Shown: positions 1 through 10,569, counted from the first letter of the whole stretch. The stretch: DNA of 63,454 nt, filler included, from 5 parts of 5 records of this genome joined end to end with filler, not necessarily neighbours in it, one strand, 5' to 3'. The notes: generated by a model not told the origin, from the letters alone. A program made the numbers and translations.

Positions 1-71
1 GCAATATTGCGATAGGCCTTGAGCGCGACCGCAGTCGCTCTGGGGTTCTGGCTGAAGTGCGCTGCCGTCAT
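1..71 (-). CDS. N-terminal fragment of a gene running off the window; possibly Xre/MbcA/ParS-type antitoxin
   Basis: ATG at 71-69 preceded by GGAGG RBS; reads MTAAHFSQNPRATAVALKAYRNIA, resembling the AVALKAxxxIA helix recalled for MbcA/Xre antitoxins; only 23 codons visible. Confidence 0.4.
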   Translation of the reverse strand, partial: MTAAHFSQNPRATAVALKAYRNI

Positions 72-467
72 CCGTGCCTCCCGTTTTATCTCTTCTGCCC
101 GTCGACAGGCTGGAAATGTCGTCCCGTTTCGCCCATCATACAAGGGTGACATGGGTCAAGAGTTGGATGCATGACAAGGGAGGTCCCTATGGATTCCACC
201 AGCATCAATCTTTTTCTCTTTGGCAGCGGGCCTTTTTCGTCCTGTTGTTCATTGGCTTAAAGATCGGCGAATATCTGGAAAAGCACCAAAAGCCGGACTG
301 CCTCATTTTCTTCAGGAAAGATAACATGGGTATTATCACGTACCCAAAAAGCTGATATTCCACATTCAGCGAAATCAAAAACTTGGCATTTCCGATTGCC
401 AGATAAGTTGACCAAAACTGCAGAGTTGCCAGAAAAGATGACGATTCGTCAATTTGGGTAAATTTGA

Positions 468-1391
468 TCAGGACCTTTCAGATCTGTCCTTTACTTGATC
501 ATTCGACCAACTCCAAGCCTTTGGCGATTTACGTCGTTGTGCATCCATCAGGTGCTGTCGAAGACGATAGGACGCATCCACTACCTGTCCGGTTTCCAGG
601 AGGTCGAGAATCTCAAGATGCTCACCTGATTCATTGATCAAACGAGACTTATCGACTTGCGCACGATACTCCATAAGGCGCCGCATCCGGTTCACACGTT
701 CAAGAGACATGACAAAGAACGGATTTCCTGACATCCGAACAAGTGCTTCATGAAACTGGGTTCCGTGCCCCAATACGGTTTCATTGGGTGTCTCTTCCGG
801 ATCAAGGCCATAGAGCCATTCCTGGGTTTTTCGAAGCTCGGCAAGGACTTCCCGATCCAGCTTAAAATTGGGTTCAAGCATCGCAATCGGCTCGATCGCA
901 ATTCTGAAACGATAAATCTGATCAAAAGCCTCCGGCGTTTTTGCCACCGGCAAGAAGCGCCAACCATGGCCCTCCTTACGCTCAGCCCACCCTTCGCGAA
1001 GTGCGCGGGCAAGAATTTCTGCGAGGCGCGCTTTTGTAAGATCATAGCGTTCGCGTAAAGCCTGCTCGGTCATCTCATCGGGAATACGGTCGGCCAACCA
1101 GTCATCAGCAAGGTGATGATAGTCACGTGACAGGTCATCCTTCTCGGATCTGGCCTGCGAAAGAGCTTCCTCCGGAATATCCTGGGCGACAAAAAAACCA
1201 CGATTTTGCTCGCGTCTCAGAACCCCACGATCAGCAAGTATATCAAGTGCATTGCGGACTGGCGTTCGGGAGACTCGATAGCGATCTGCGATCAATTGCG
1301 CACCAATATGATCACCCGACACAAAATTGCCTGCAGAAATATCCTGCACCAATCGCAATGCAATTTTTCGGGACAGATCATTTGATCTCAT
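468..1391 (-). CDS. GntR family transcriptional regulator (wHTH + FCD)
   Basis: HTH motif YRVSRTPVRNALDIL; FCD-like FHEALVRMSGN and EHLEILDLL; start chosen at MRSNDL (1391) with GGAG upstream, ORF open to 1445. Confidence 0.9.
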   Translation of the reverse strand: MRSNDLSRKIALRLVQDISAGNFVSGDHIGAQLIADRYRVSRTPVRNALDILADRGVLRREQNRGFFVAQDIPEEALSQARSEKDDLSRDYHHLADDWLADRIPDEMTEQALRERYDLTKARLAEILARALREGWAERKEGHGWRFLPVAKTPEAFDQIYRFRIAIEPIAMLEPNFKLDREVLAELRKTQEWLYGLDPEETPNETVLGHGTQFHEALVRMSGNPFFVMSLERVNRMRRLMEYRAQVDKSRLINESGEHLEILDLLETGQVVDASYRLRQHLMDAQRRKSPKAWSWSNDQVKDRSERS

Positions 1392-1603
1392 TTCGAAACG
1401 CTCTCCATCATTGGATATTTCATGTCGAAAAAGCACGACTTTCATTCAAGAGCAAGCGTTTAACACTACCCAATAACATAAGGGTTTCAACTAGCCGGGC
1501 AATCATCTCAGAACATCATAAATCATATCTTTCATTTTTCGTATTGCATTTTTAAACCTAAAAGACCAATCTTTCCATCCCAATCAAATAAGGGAGGAAA
1601 CTC

Positions 1604-2578
1604 ATGAAACGATTTATTGGTGCACTCGTGATTGCCGCAGCAGTCAGCACCCCGGCCTTGGCCCAAGAATTCAAACCAACCAATCCTGAGTGTATTGCTC
1701 CGGCTTCGCCGGGTGGTGGATGGGATTTCATCTGCCGCACTGTTTCGAAGCTATTTAACGACCTCAAGCTTGCAGATAGCTCTATTCAGGTCACGAACAT
1801 GACCGGCGGCGGCGGCGGTGTTGCCTATGCCCATGTTGTTGCCAAGCGAAATGAAGACGACAACCTGATCGTTGCGGCTTCGAATGGAACCACCACACGA
1901 CTTGCGCAGGATGCCTACCCGGGGAATAACGAAAATGACGTTCGTTGGCTGGCATCATTCGGTGCCGAATATGGCGTTATCGCGGTTGCCGCTGACTCCG
2001 AAATCGACGATCTCAAGGAACTGGTAACGATGGTCAAAGCCGATCCTCGCTCAGTTGCCTTTGCAGGGGGCTCGGCTGTTGGCGGTTATGACCATCTGAA
2101 AGTGCTGAAGCTCGCAAAGGCGGCTGGCGTGGGTGACGTTCGCCAGATCAAATATGTTGCTTTCTCCGGTGGCGGCGAAGCAATGGCACAGGTTCTTGGC
2201 GGATCAATTCAGGCATTTACAGGTGACTTCTCGGAAGTTCGCGGTTTCGTTGAAGCTGGTGACATCCGGATTGTCGCGGTCCTTTCTCCCAAGCGTCTTG
2301 AGGGCTTCGACCAGTTCCCGACCGCCATTGAACAGGGTTACGCTGTAACTGGCCCGAACTGGCGCGGTCTTTATGTCCCCAAAGGCATGTCCGAAGAGGC
2401 TTACACCTATTGGAGCGATGCGGTTCAGAAAATGGTTGCTTCACCTGAATGGCAGAAAATCCGCAGTGACGCAGGCATCGAACCGCTGGATTATTTCGGC
2501 GAAGATGTTGCCGCCTTCGTTGAAGGAAACGTTTCGGAAATTCGTGCCCTTTCCAAGGAAATCGGCCTGATCAAGTGA
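1604..2578 (+). CDS. tctC: Tripartite tricarboxylate transporter substrate-binding protein
   Basis: Signal peptide, PASPGGGWD motif, NMTGGGGG, GPNWRGLYVP; GGGAGG RBS. Confidence 0.95.
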   Translation: MKRFIGALVIAAAVSTPALAQEFKPTNPECIAPASPGGGWDFICRTVSKLFNDLKLADSSIQVTNMTGGGGGVAYAHVVAKRNEDDNLIVAASNGTTTRLAQDAYPGNNENDVRWLASFGAEYGVIAVAADSEIDDLKELVTMVKADPRSVAFAGGSAVGGYDHLKVLKLAKAAGVGDVRQIKYVAFSGGGEAMAQVLGGSIQAFTGDFSEVRGFVEAGDIRIVAVLSPKRLEGFDQFPTAIEQGYAVTGPNWRGLYVPKGMSEEAYTYWSDAVQKMVASPEWQKIRSDAGIEPLDYFGEDVAAFVEGNVSEIRALSKEIGLIK

Positions 2579-2584
2579 CCAATC

Positions 2585-2618
2585 GGGCGGTCACATTACA
2601 AGCGTGACCGCCCCTTTT
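2585..2618 (+). terminator. Stem-loop after tctC (partial terminator or mRNA stabiliser)
   Basis: GGGCGGTCAC-9 nt-GTGACCGCCC followed by CTTTT. Confidence 0.6.
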
Positions 2619-2631
2619 CCCGGAGCGCGAA

Positions 2632-3063
2632 ATGAGCGATCGCATCATGGGGGTGATTGGTCTGACCCTGTCCGGATTTTATCTTTGGGCAGCATCGATT
2701 ATCCCCGAAAGCTTTATGATGGATGCCATCGGCCCATCAACTTTCCCGAACATTATCGCCGTCATCTTTGGCATTTGTTCGATCTACTTCATCGCCAGAC
2801 CAGATCCTGAACCGCGCTGGCCAGCACTTAATCGCCTTGCCGAAATCGGCTTTACCGTCTTGGTTTGCCTGCTTTATGCGATTTGGTTGCCATATCTCGG
2901 CTTCCTGATTTCAACGGCTTTGGCTGCTGCCTACATGAGCTGGCGTTTGGGTGGAAAGCCACTTGCATCCGTCATGATTGGCTTGGGCATTTCAATTGGC
3001 ATTTATGTCTGCTTCAAGCTTGTGCTTGGCCTTTCACTGGCCACCGGCCCACTCGGGTTCTGA
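2632..3063 (+). CDS. tctB: Tripartite tricarboxylate transporter small membrane subunit
   Basis: 143 aa hydrophobic, IGPSTFP motif, LGF helix, between tctC and tctA. Confidence 0.92.
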   Translation: MSDRIMGVIGLTLSGFYLWAASIIPESFMMDAIGPSTFPNIIAVIFGICSIYFIARPDPEPRWPALNRLAEIGFTVLVCLLYAIWLPYLGFLISTALAAAYMSWRLGGKPLASVMIGLGISIGIYVCFKLVLGLSLATGPLGF

Positions 3064-3072
3064 GGTGTTGAT

Positions 3073-4617
3073 ATGGAAATTTTTTCTGCTCTAGGGGACG
3101 GTTTTGCCGTTGCCCTGACGATTGACAATCTGGGCCTTGCACTGGTTGGCGCTTTTCTTGGCACACTGATGGGCGCACTGCCCGGACTGGGACCAGCGAA
3201 TGGTGTCGCGATCCTGATTCCGATTGCATTCTCACTGGGTCTTGGCCCTCTGCCATCGCTGATCCTGCTTACCGCCGTTTATTACGGCGCGATGTATGGC
3301 GGGCGCATTTCGTCCATCCTGCTCAACATTCCGGGCGATGAACCTGCGATGATGACCTGTCTGGATGGATACCCGATGGCGCAACAGGGACGCGCCGGAG
3401 AAGCCCTTTCTCTTTCCGGCATTGCATCCTTCGTCGGATCGATCATCGCGACCCTCGGCCTTGCCGTTCTTGCCCCTCAGCTAGTCAAAATTGCCCTGCT
3501 TTTTGGCCCGGCCGAGTATTTTGTTCTGTTCACGATTGCATTTGCAACACTTGGCGGAATTTCTTCGACCAATCAGGCGAAATCAGCCTTTGCTGCCATG
3601 CTCGGGCTTGGCATTGCCATGATCGGGGTCGACACCCAGACTGGGGTTCAGCGATTTACCTTCGGTGAAGTCCATCTGTTTGACGGCATTGATTTTCTTG
3701 TCGCGATTGTCGGGTTGTTTGCCCTATCCGAAGTGTTCGTGTTTCTTGAACATCGCGATGACACCAAAACCGGCAAGGACGAAATGCGCCCGATGGGCCG
3801 CCTGATCGCACCTTGGTCGACCATCCGCTCCTGCATTCCAACCATGGGACGTGGCACGATCATCGGCTTTATTGCCGGTATTCTTCCAGGTGCAGGCGCA
3901 TCGCTGGGATCTTTTCTATCCTATTCAGTTGAAAAGCAGATCGTCGACAACAAAGGCGAGACCTTTGGCAAAGGTGATCCGCGTGGCGTTGCCGCACCAG
4001 AAGCTGGTAATAATGCAGCCGCCGGTGGCGCACTGGTTCCGATGCTTTCCCTTGGTGTTCCGGGCTCGGGAACGACGGCAGTATTGCTGGCGGTATTGCT
4101 GTCTCTCAACATTACGCCGGGACCGCTTCTGTTTACCAAAAGCCCGGATATTGTCTGGGGACTGATTGCGGCGATGCTGATCGCCAATGTGATGTTGCTT
4201 ATCCTCAACATTCCGCTGGTTGGCTTGTTCTCGCGCGTTTTGCTGATCCCGACGCACATCCTGATGCCATTGGTTGCGATGATTTCGTTTGTTGGCGTCT
4301 ATGGCATTTCCGGATCAAGTTTTGATCTCGTCCTGATGGTCATGTTCGGTGTCCTTGGATGGGTATTGCGCAAACTCGATGTCCCGCTTGTCCCGATTAT
4401 TCTGGGCATCCTTCTGGGTAACGAGATGGAAGTAAACCTGCGGCGTGCCATGACCCTTTCCGACGGGGACTGGAGCACACTTGTCGCAAGCCCGCTGGCG
4501 ATCTCGCTTTGGGCCATCGCGATTATCGGCTTTGTTGCGCCAATGATCTTCGGAGCAACAATGCGTCGCAAACTCGAGAAAAGCCGTAAAGAAGCAGAAA
4601 ACGAACCGATAGACTGA
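3073..4617 (+). CDS. tctA: Tripartite tricarboxylate transporter large permease
   Basis: GALPGLGP, YYGAMYGG, NIPG, DGYPMA, PEAGNNA, LGVPGS motifs. Confidence 0.95.
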   Translation: MEIFSALGDGFAVALTIDNLGLALVGAFLGTLMGALPGLGPANGVAILIPIAFSLGLGPLPSLILLTAVYYGAMYGGRISSILLNIPGDEPAMMTCLDGYPMAQQGRAGEALSLSGIASFVGSIIATLGLAVLAPQLVKIALLFGPAEYFVLFTIAFATLGGISSTNQAKSAFAAMLGLGIAMIGVDTQTGVQRFTFGEVHLFDGIDFLVAIVGLFALSEVFVFLEHRDDTKTGKDEMRPMGRLIAPWSTIRSCIPTMGRGTIIGFIAGILPGAGASLGSFLSYSVEKQIVDNKGETFGKGDPRGVAAPEAGNNAAAGGALVPMLSLGVPGSGTTAVLLAVLLSLNITPGPLLFTKSPDIVWGLIAAMLIANVMLLILNIPLVGLFSRVLLIPTHILMPLVAMISFVGVYGISGSSFDLVLMVMFGVLGWVLRKLDVPLVPIILGILLGNEMEVNLRRAMTLSDGDWSTLVASPLAISLWAIAIIGFVAPMIFGATMRRKLEKSRKEAENEPID

Positions 4618-4793
4618 TGATTAACAGGTGCCTGTCCAGGGACCGGCAGGCACCACCTTTTCATCTGGATTGCTTTTTTCCGCACAAAAACACACAGACA
4701 GAGCTGATCGGTTATTCGATCCATTGTTGAAAATCATGACACCTGTCTGCCGTTATTCCCGAATATACAAAGAACTTGACCAAAGGCCGCACC

Positions 4794-7406
4794 ATGATGA
4801 CGCCCTTAAAACTCGAACTGACGTCGGGCCCGTTTGAGGTTACAGACCTGCGCTCTGTGCTCGGCCCGCTTGTTGCAAAGCTTCCGCATGTACTGCGCCT
4901 TCTCGCCGAGAACCATCTTCGTGCAGGCGGTGAAGCAGTTCAGCTTGTCGAAGCCCTTCACGACTGGCTTGACAGCAGGGAGAGTACGTTCGAGCTGGCA
5001 TTTCGGCCCAACCGTCTTTTGATGCATGACACCACCTGCACACCAGCACTGGTGGATATCGCAGCGATGCGTGACGTGGTCGCAGAAGCAGGTGTTGATC
5101 CCGAGACGCTTTCCCCATCATTGCCCGTTCAGGTATCAATCGACCATTCATTGGCCGTCGACGCGTTTGGTATGAAAGATGCGCTTCACAAAAACCTTCA
5201 GAACGAAATCGAACGCAATGAAGAGCGCTACCGCTTTATGAAGTGGGCCTCCGAGAACATGGAGACAGTCCATGTGAATGCACCGGGCACCGGCATCATG
5301 CACACCATCAATCTTGAGCAACTGGCAACCCTGCTTGTGCTTAATGATGATGGTACCGCCCATCCTGACATGATGCTTGGCACTGACAGCCATACGCCAA
5401 TGATCAACGGGATCGGCGTTCTTGGCTGGGGCATCGGCGGACTTGAAGCCGAAAGCATCATGTTTGGCGAAACTGTGTCGATTGCTCTTCCCGATATTGT
5501 CGGCGTCAAACTGACAGGCAAGCTACCCGCAGGTGTACTTGCCACGGATCTTGCGCTGGAAATCACACACAGACTACGTGAACTTGGTGTCACGGGAAGT
5601 TATGTCGAATTCTTTGGTCCCGGTGTCGAGACCCTGAGTGCTGATGCCCGCGCTGTAATCGCCAATATGGCCCCGGAATACGGTGCATCTACCGGCTTTT
5701 TCCCGGCCGATCGCCATGTAGTTGACTACCTGAAACGCACAGGTCGTCCGGAAAACCTGACATCCAATATTGAACCGGTCCTGAGCGCAATGGGACTATG
5801 GTTCGATCCTCAGGAAAATCCGAACTTCAACCGGATGATCACGATTGAACTGGATACACTGAAACCAACGATCGCAGGCCCAAGACGCCCCCAGGACAGC
5901 CTTTTGGCATCTGCCGCCCGTCAGGCAATTGAGCGAACCATTCAGCGTGACTTGCCAGCCCTGACCGATAACCCGGTCGACATTCCCGATGGGGCAATTG
6001 GTATTGCCGCAATTACAAGCTGCACCAATACAAGCGACCCAAGGCTGTTGATTGCCGCTGGCTTGCTGGCAAAGAAGGCCCGCGCACGCGGATTGACGCC
6101 ACCAGCCTGGGTGAAAACCTCGTTAGCACCCGGATCACCTTCGGCGGCGTCCTATCTTGAACGGGCAGGCTTGCTTGATGATCTTGAAGCCATTGGTTTC
6201 AACATTGTCGGATTTGGATGCACGACCTGTATAGGCAATTCCGGTGCCCTGCCTGGCATTGTTGAAACGGCACTCGAAGACGGCAAAGCCATGGTGGCTG
6301 TCTTGTCGGGCAATCGCAACTTCCCGGGGCGCGTTCACCCGAAACTTGATCTTGGTTTTTTGGCCTCCCCCCCCATGGTGATTGCCTTTGCCCTGTGCGG
6401 TCATATCCGAAGCGACATCATGTCCGATTCAATCTGCCATGATCAAAACGGCGATCCTGTCTATTTGGCTGACCTGTGGCCTGACGAAGCCGAAATCGAG
6501 GCGGCCTTTGCCCTTGCTTGTCGCGCCGAAGATGTGCTCGCCGATTTCGAAAAAGCTGCAAGCAACCCGATCTGGGCGAAGCTTGATGTCCCCAAACAAC
6601 CAAGGTTCCCGTGGGACAAACAGTCACGTAGCTTGCGTCCACCAAAATTTGTTGCGCGCGATCAGGGATCCCGTTTGGGCACCTATCAGGCACGCGCGCT
6701 TATTGTTCTGGGCGATGACATCACAACGGACCACATTTCCCCTGCGGGCTGGATTGATCACAAAAGCAGCGCGGGACAGTGGCTGGTTGAACGTGGCGGT
6801 GATCCGGAAAACCTTAATGTCTATGCCAGTTATCGTGGCAACTGGGAGGTTATGTTCCGGGGTTTGTTTACCAACAAGTCGGCCAAGAACCACCTTGCGG
6901 ATGACTTGCCCCCGGCAACAACACCGATGCCCGATCATCGCATCCTTCCGCTTTTCGAAGCGGCAAAAGAACTCGAAACCTTAGGTCAGGACACCATCAT
7001 TCTTGCCGGTGAACGTTATGGCATGGGATCCAGTCGTGACTGGGCAGCCAAGGGTGCCGCCCTTTTGAATGTGCGCGCCGTCATCGCACGGAGTTTTGAG
7101 CGCATTCACAGAACCAACCTGATTGGTATGGGGGTTCTCCCGGTGGTGATCGAAGACGATTTCATTCCATCGGAACAATCAATTACCATTCACGACCGAT
7201 TTGAAATAGAGATGCCTGATGATCTTCTTGCACCGGGATACAGACCAACCGTCAGGCTACAGCGAAGCAATGGCGTGACTGAAGACATCCCGTGCAAGGT
7301 GGCCGTTGAGACATGGCAGGAAGTCGGAACCCTGAAGGCAGGCGGCGTATTGCCAAAAATCCTGCGCCAGACCATTTCGACCACCAAAGCCGTCCCCAAC
7401 AAATGA
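4794..7406 (+). CDS. Aconitase A-family Fe-S hydratase (divergent paralogue)
   Basis: ITSCTNTS, GCTTCIGNSG (three cluster Cys), GTDSHT, ANMAPEYG, TTDHISPAG, YGMGSSRDWAAKG, FERIHRTNLIGMG; ORF open from 4776. Confidence 0.92.
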   Translation: MMTPLKLELTSGPFEVTDLRSVLGPLVAKLPHVLRLLAENHLRAGGEAVQLVEALHDWLDSRESTFELAFRPNRLLMHDTTCTPALVDIAAMRDVVAEAGVDPETLSPSLPVQVSIDHSLAVDAFGMKDALHKNLQNEIERNEERYRFMKWASENMETVHVNAPGTGIMHTINLEQLATLLVLNDDGTAHPDMMLGTDSHTPMINGIGVLGWGIGGLEAESIMFGETVSIALPDIVGVKLTGKLPAGVLATDLALEITHRLRELGVTGSYVEFFGPGVETLSADARAVIANMAPEYGASTGFFPADRHVVDYLKRTGRPENLTSNIEPVLSAMGLWFDPQENPNFNRMITIELDTLKPTIAGPRRPQDSLLASAARQAIERTIQRDLPALTDNPVDIPDGAIGIAAITSCTNTSDPRLLIAAGLLAKKARARGLTPPAWVKTSLAPGSPSAASYLERAGLLDDLEAIGFNIVGFGCTTCIGNSGALPGIVETALEDGKAMVAVLSGNRNFPGRVHPKLDLGFLASPPMVIAFALCGHIRSDIMSDSICHDQNGDPVYLADLWPDEAEIEAAFALACRAEDVLADFEKAASNPIWAKLDVPKQPRFPWDKQSRSLRPPKFVARDQGSRLGTYQARALIVLGDDITTDHISPAGWIDHKSSAGQWLVERGGDPENLNVYASYRGNWEVMFRGLFTNKSAKNHLADDLPPATTPMPDHRILPLFEAAKELETLGQDTIILAGERYGMGSSRDWAAKGAALLNVRAVIARSFERIHRTNLIGMGVLPVVIEDDFIPSEQSITIHDRFEIEMPDDLLAPGYRPTVRLQRSNGVTEDIPCKVAVETWQEVGTLKAGGVLPKILRQTISTTKAVPNK

Positions 7407-7560
7407 ACAACCGCTTTCCCCTTATGGGTCATCCCACACGCCCATAAGGTATACTGCCTGTCATGGTAGCGTTGAACGTTACGCCCAACCTTCCACAAAG
7501 CCGTGACAGGCAGTTTTTTTCACCCGGCAACGCTGCCAACACATAATCAGGGAAAAGCTT

Positions 7561-8280
7561 ATGGATATAGGCAAAGAATTTGCACCAACCGGCACCTTGC
7601 GCGTTGCCATCAATGTCGGAAACGGCGTCCTGACCAGCTATGACGAGGAAACCGGTCAACCGGGCGGCATCACGGTTGAAATTGCCAATTCCCTGGCCGA
7701 TGAACTTTCCTTGCCGATTGAACTCAAAATCTTCCGGTCGGCCGGAAATGTCGTCGAGGCAGTTGAAAACGGCGAATGGGATGTTGCCTTTCTTGCCCGC
7801 GACCCGAAACGTGCAGAAGTGATTGCTTTTAGTACCCCCTATATCCTGATCGAGGGCAGCTACCTCGTTCGCGAAGACTCAGATTTCCTGCGTAACGAAG
7901 ATGTCGATAAACCCGGCGTCCGGATTGCCGTTGGCAAGGGTGCGGCATACGACCTTTATCTGTCACGCAACCTGAAACACGCGACCTTGGAACGGGCCCC
8001 GACCACACCCGGCGCGGTTGATCTTTTTCTTGAACAGAACCTTGATGTGGCAGCCGGTGTACGCCAACCCCTTAATGAATATGCAGCACGACATGACGGC
8101 GTGCGCGTCCTTCCCGGACGGTTCATGGTGATCGAACAAGCCATGGCTGTTCCCGCAAACAGGGCCAAAGCCGCCAGCTATCTGGAAACATTTGTCCACA
8201 CCCTGATCCGTTCGGGCAAAGTTGGCGAATTGATCACCCGATTTGACAAACATCAGGCATCTGTTCCCGAATTACCCTAA
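7561..8280 (+). CDS. Stand-alone family 3 (amino-acid type) solute-binding domain protein
   Basis: APTGTLRVAINVGN, WDVAFLARDPKRA, FSTPY; no obvious signal peptide. Confidence 0.85.
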   Translation: MDIGKEFAPTGTLRVAINVGNGVLTSYDEETGQPGGITVEIANSLADELSLPIELKIFRSAGNVVEAVENGEWDVAFLARDPKRAEVIAFSTPYILIEGSYLVREDSDFLRNEDVDKPGVRIAVGKGAAYDLYLSRNLKHATLERAPTTPGAVDLFLEQNLDVAAGVRQPLNEYAARHDGVRVLPGRFMVIEQAMAVPANRAKAASYLETFVHTLIRSGKVGELITRFDKHQASVPELP

Positions 8281-8322
8281 GCCCGCCAACACCAACAATA
8301 TCGTCCAACTGGCAGCGTCTTC

Positions 8323-9372
8323 ATGGCATTACCCGACTACCTGACCAAACAAAGCCGTTTTGTGTTCGCCCTTTTGATCGGGGTTGCTGGCGGTGCCATC
8401 TTTAATGCATTTGAGCTGCCATTGGCCTGGATGCTTGGATCAATGGCTGCTGTCGGAGCTGCTGCCATTCTCGGACTGCCTATTGCTGGATCAAAGCCTG
8501 CACGACCACCGATGTCCGCCATTATCGGCGCAATGCTTGGCACACAGTTCGGGCCACATCTTATCGCGGACATGATCAACTGGTGGCCCGCCCTGATCGG
8601 ACTTGCCATTTATCTTCTGATCGCGGCAACGCTGGTTTATTGGTATCTCGTCAAGATCGTCGGCCTTGATCCGGTGACCGGATATTTTTCCGCCATGCCA
8701 GGCGGCTTGGTAGATATGGTGCTGCTTGGCGCAGAACGCGGCGGGGATGAACGCACCATTGCCTTGATGCATTCATCACGGGTTTTCCTTGTGGTGTTTT
8801 GCATTCCGCCATTGATGACTTTTGTAACCGGCGCCCAAGTCGGGGGCGGCAATATCTCCAACTATGTCGCCCTGTCCGAAATGATGCTAGTCGACGCGGT
8901 GTGGTTCCTTGCAGCCATTATTGCTGGTGTGGGGTTTGGTCGTCTGGCGCGCTTGCCTGCCCCCTATATTCTTGGACCGATGATCGTCAGCGGAACGCTG
9001 CATTTTGCCGGTGTTTCGAACTTTGAGGTACCGACCTTCATTATTTCCGCCGCACAGGTTGTTCTTGGAACTCTGATCGGCTGCCGCTTTGTTGGAACGG
9101 CTCCCAAAGAAATCCTGCGCATCATGCTGATGTCTGGCGGCTCCACCCTTATTCTTCTGCTTGTCGCCCTGGCTATGGCATATGCGCTACGGTCCTCAAT
9201 CGACATCCCGATCGAAGGCATTTTCCTTGCATTTTCGCCGGGTGGATTGCCAGAAATGAGCTTGGTGGCTTTGGCTCTCAACATTGAAGTCTCATTTGTC
9301 GCTCTTTGCCACATTAGCCGAATTGCGATGGTTGTACTTGGGGCAACCCTGCTTTCGCGCCTCAGAAGTTAG
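8323..9372 (+). CDS. AbrB-family (AmoA-like) membrane protein
   Basis: Internally duplicated hydrophobic protein with LPLAWMLG/LPAPYILG and MPGGL/SPGGL repeats. Confidence 0.88.
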   Translation: MALPDYLTKQSRFVFALLIGVAGGAIFNAFELPLAWMLGSMAAVGAAAILGLPIAGSKPARPPMSAIIGAMLGTQFGPHLIADMINWWPALIGLAIYLLIAATLVYWYLVKIVGLDPVTGYFSAMPGGLVDMVLLGAERGGDERTIALMHSSRVFLVVFCIPPLMTFVTGAQVGGGNISNYVALSEMMLVDAVWFLAAIIAGVGFGRLARLPAPYILGPMIVSGTLHFAGVSNFEVPTFIISAAQVVLGTLIGCRFVGTAPKEILRIMLMSGGSTLILLLVALAMAYALRSSIDIPIEGIFLAFSPGGLPEMSLVALALNIEVSFVALCHISRIAMVVLGATLLSRLRS

Positions 9373-9460
9373 GCAGAGTTCGAGAATTTTCTCTTTGTTC
9401 AACCGTTCTATTCCCAATCATTGCGTCAACGCGGCTCGTCAGCCTTTTACCCACAACAAA

Positions 9461-9476
9461 TTGACGTTTACGTAAA
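9461..9476 (+). promoter_or_regulatory. LiuR-like (MerR family) operator overlapping a TTGACG -35 element
   Basis: TTGACGTTTACGTAAA fits the TTACGT-NN-ACGTAA palindrome with one mismatch, upstream of an enoyl-CoA hydratase gene. Confidence 0.6.
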
Positions 9477-9522
9477 GGTAAACCAATATTGATATGCATC
9501 GACTATAGGGAGGAGACTTGTC

Positions 9523-10254
9523 ATGGAAACCAGAATCACCTCGGAAATCAGTGATAACATCTGCACAATTAGCATCAATCGCCCTGAGAAGCGAAACGCC
9601 CTCAACGAGACGATGTTCGATGCGTTAGCGAATGCCATGAACCGCGCACATGAAGATACAAATGTGCATTGCGTCTTACTACAGGGAACCGGGCCACATT
9701 ATAGCGCGGGTCACGACATTGCTGAATTCGCCAGACTATGGCCCCAATCCGAAGAGGGAGCAGTACGTCGCTGCATTTCTGCCTTTGCCAAACAATCCAA
9801 GCCCATGGTAGCCGCAGTGACTGGTGCAGCCGTGGGATTTGGTGCCACAATGCTGTTGCATGCAGACTGGGTCGTTGCAGGTGACAGTGCGGTATTCAAG
9901 TTTCCCTTTGCCGATCTGGGCATCGTCCCCGAAGCCGGCGCGACGGCGCTATTAGCACGCAGAGTAGGAGACATCGTCGCTAGAGATTGGCTGTTAAGCG
10001 GCCACCGAATATCGGCAGACGAGGCACTGCACCATAGATTTGTCTCATCCGTAAAACCGGATGCCGATGTGCATGCCGCGGCCCGTGACTATGCCCTTTG
10101 TCTCGCAGCAAAACCTACCGAGGCATTGCAAACCAGCCGCCGCCTGTTAAACGAAGGCCGCACCTTATCTGCTAGCGAAGCTATCGAGAAGGAGGCCGCT
10201 TATCTGAATAGCTTGATCCCGGCTGTCGCCAAGGCATCAGGAAAAAATGATTAA
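9523..10254 (+). CDS. Enoyl-CoA hydratase/isomerase family protein
   Basis: NRPEKRNAL, YSAGHDI, GAAVGFG, PFADLGIVPEAG; GGAGGAG RBS. Confidence 0.92.
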   Translation: METRITSEISDNICTISINRPEKRNALNETMFDALANAMNRAHEDTNVHCVLLQGTGPHYSAGHDIAEFARLWPQSEEGAVRRCISAFAKQSKPMVAAVTGAAVGFGATMLLHADWVVAGDSAVFKFPFADLGIVPEAGATALLARRVGDIVARDWLLSGHRISADEALHHRFVSSVKPDADVHAAARDYALCLAAKPTEALQTSRRLLNEGRTLSASEAIEKEAAYLNSLIPAVAKASGKND

Positions 10255-10569
10255 ATTCTCAACTAAACTTGGTTACGTGCGGTTACCGCTTATAACGGTC
10301 AACAAAGTTTCTGTTGAACAGCGCTCAACTGAACTAATTTTCTGGCGCCTCCAAACTATTCCCGACTAAAGCTAACCGGAACTTCCCAATAGTCTGAAAT
10401 CCATTTGGCAAATTTGACGGGTATAAGGTTGAGCCCCCTTGGGGAATCGGACAAGGCCAAATCACCATCTTAGCGATAAAGACACTAGGTATTGGTTCTT
10501 TGTGAGACTGCAATTCGCATCATGTGACTTCTTTCGGGATCATTTCTTTTCTGATGCCTTGCATCGAAC

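Noticed and set aside
74-355. 93-aa plus-strand ORF
   Set aside because: No recognisable motif or RBS; lies over the upstream region of the minus-strand gene at 1-71.
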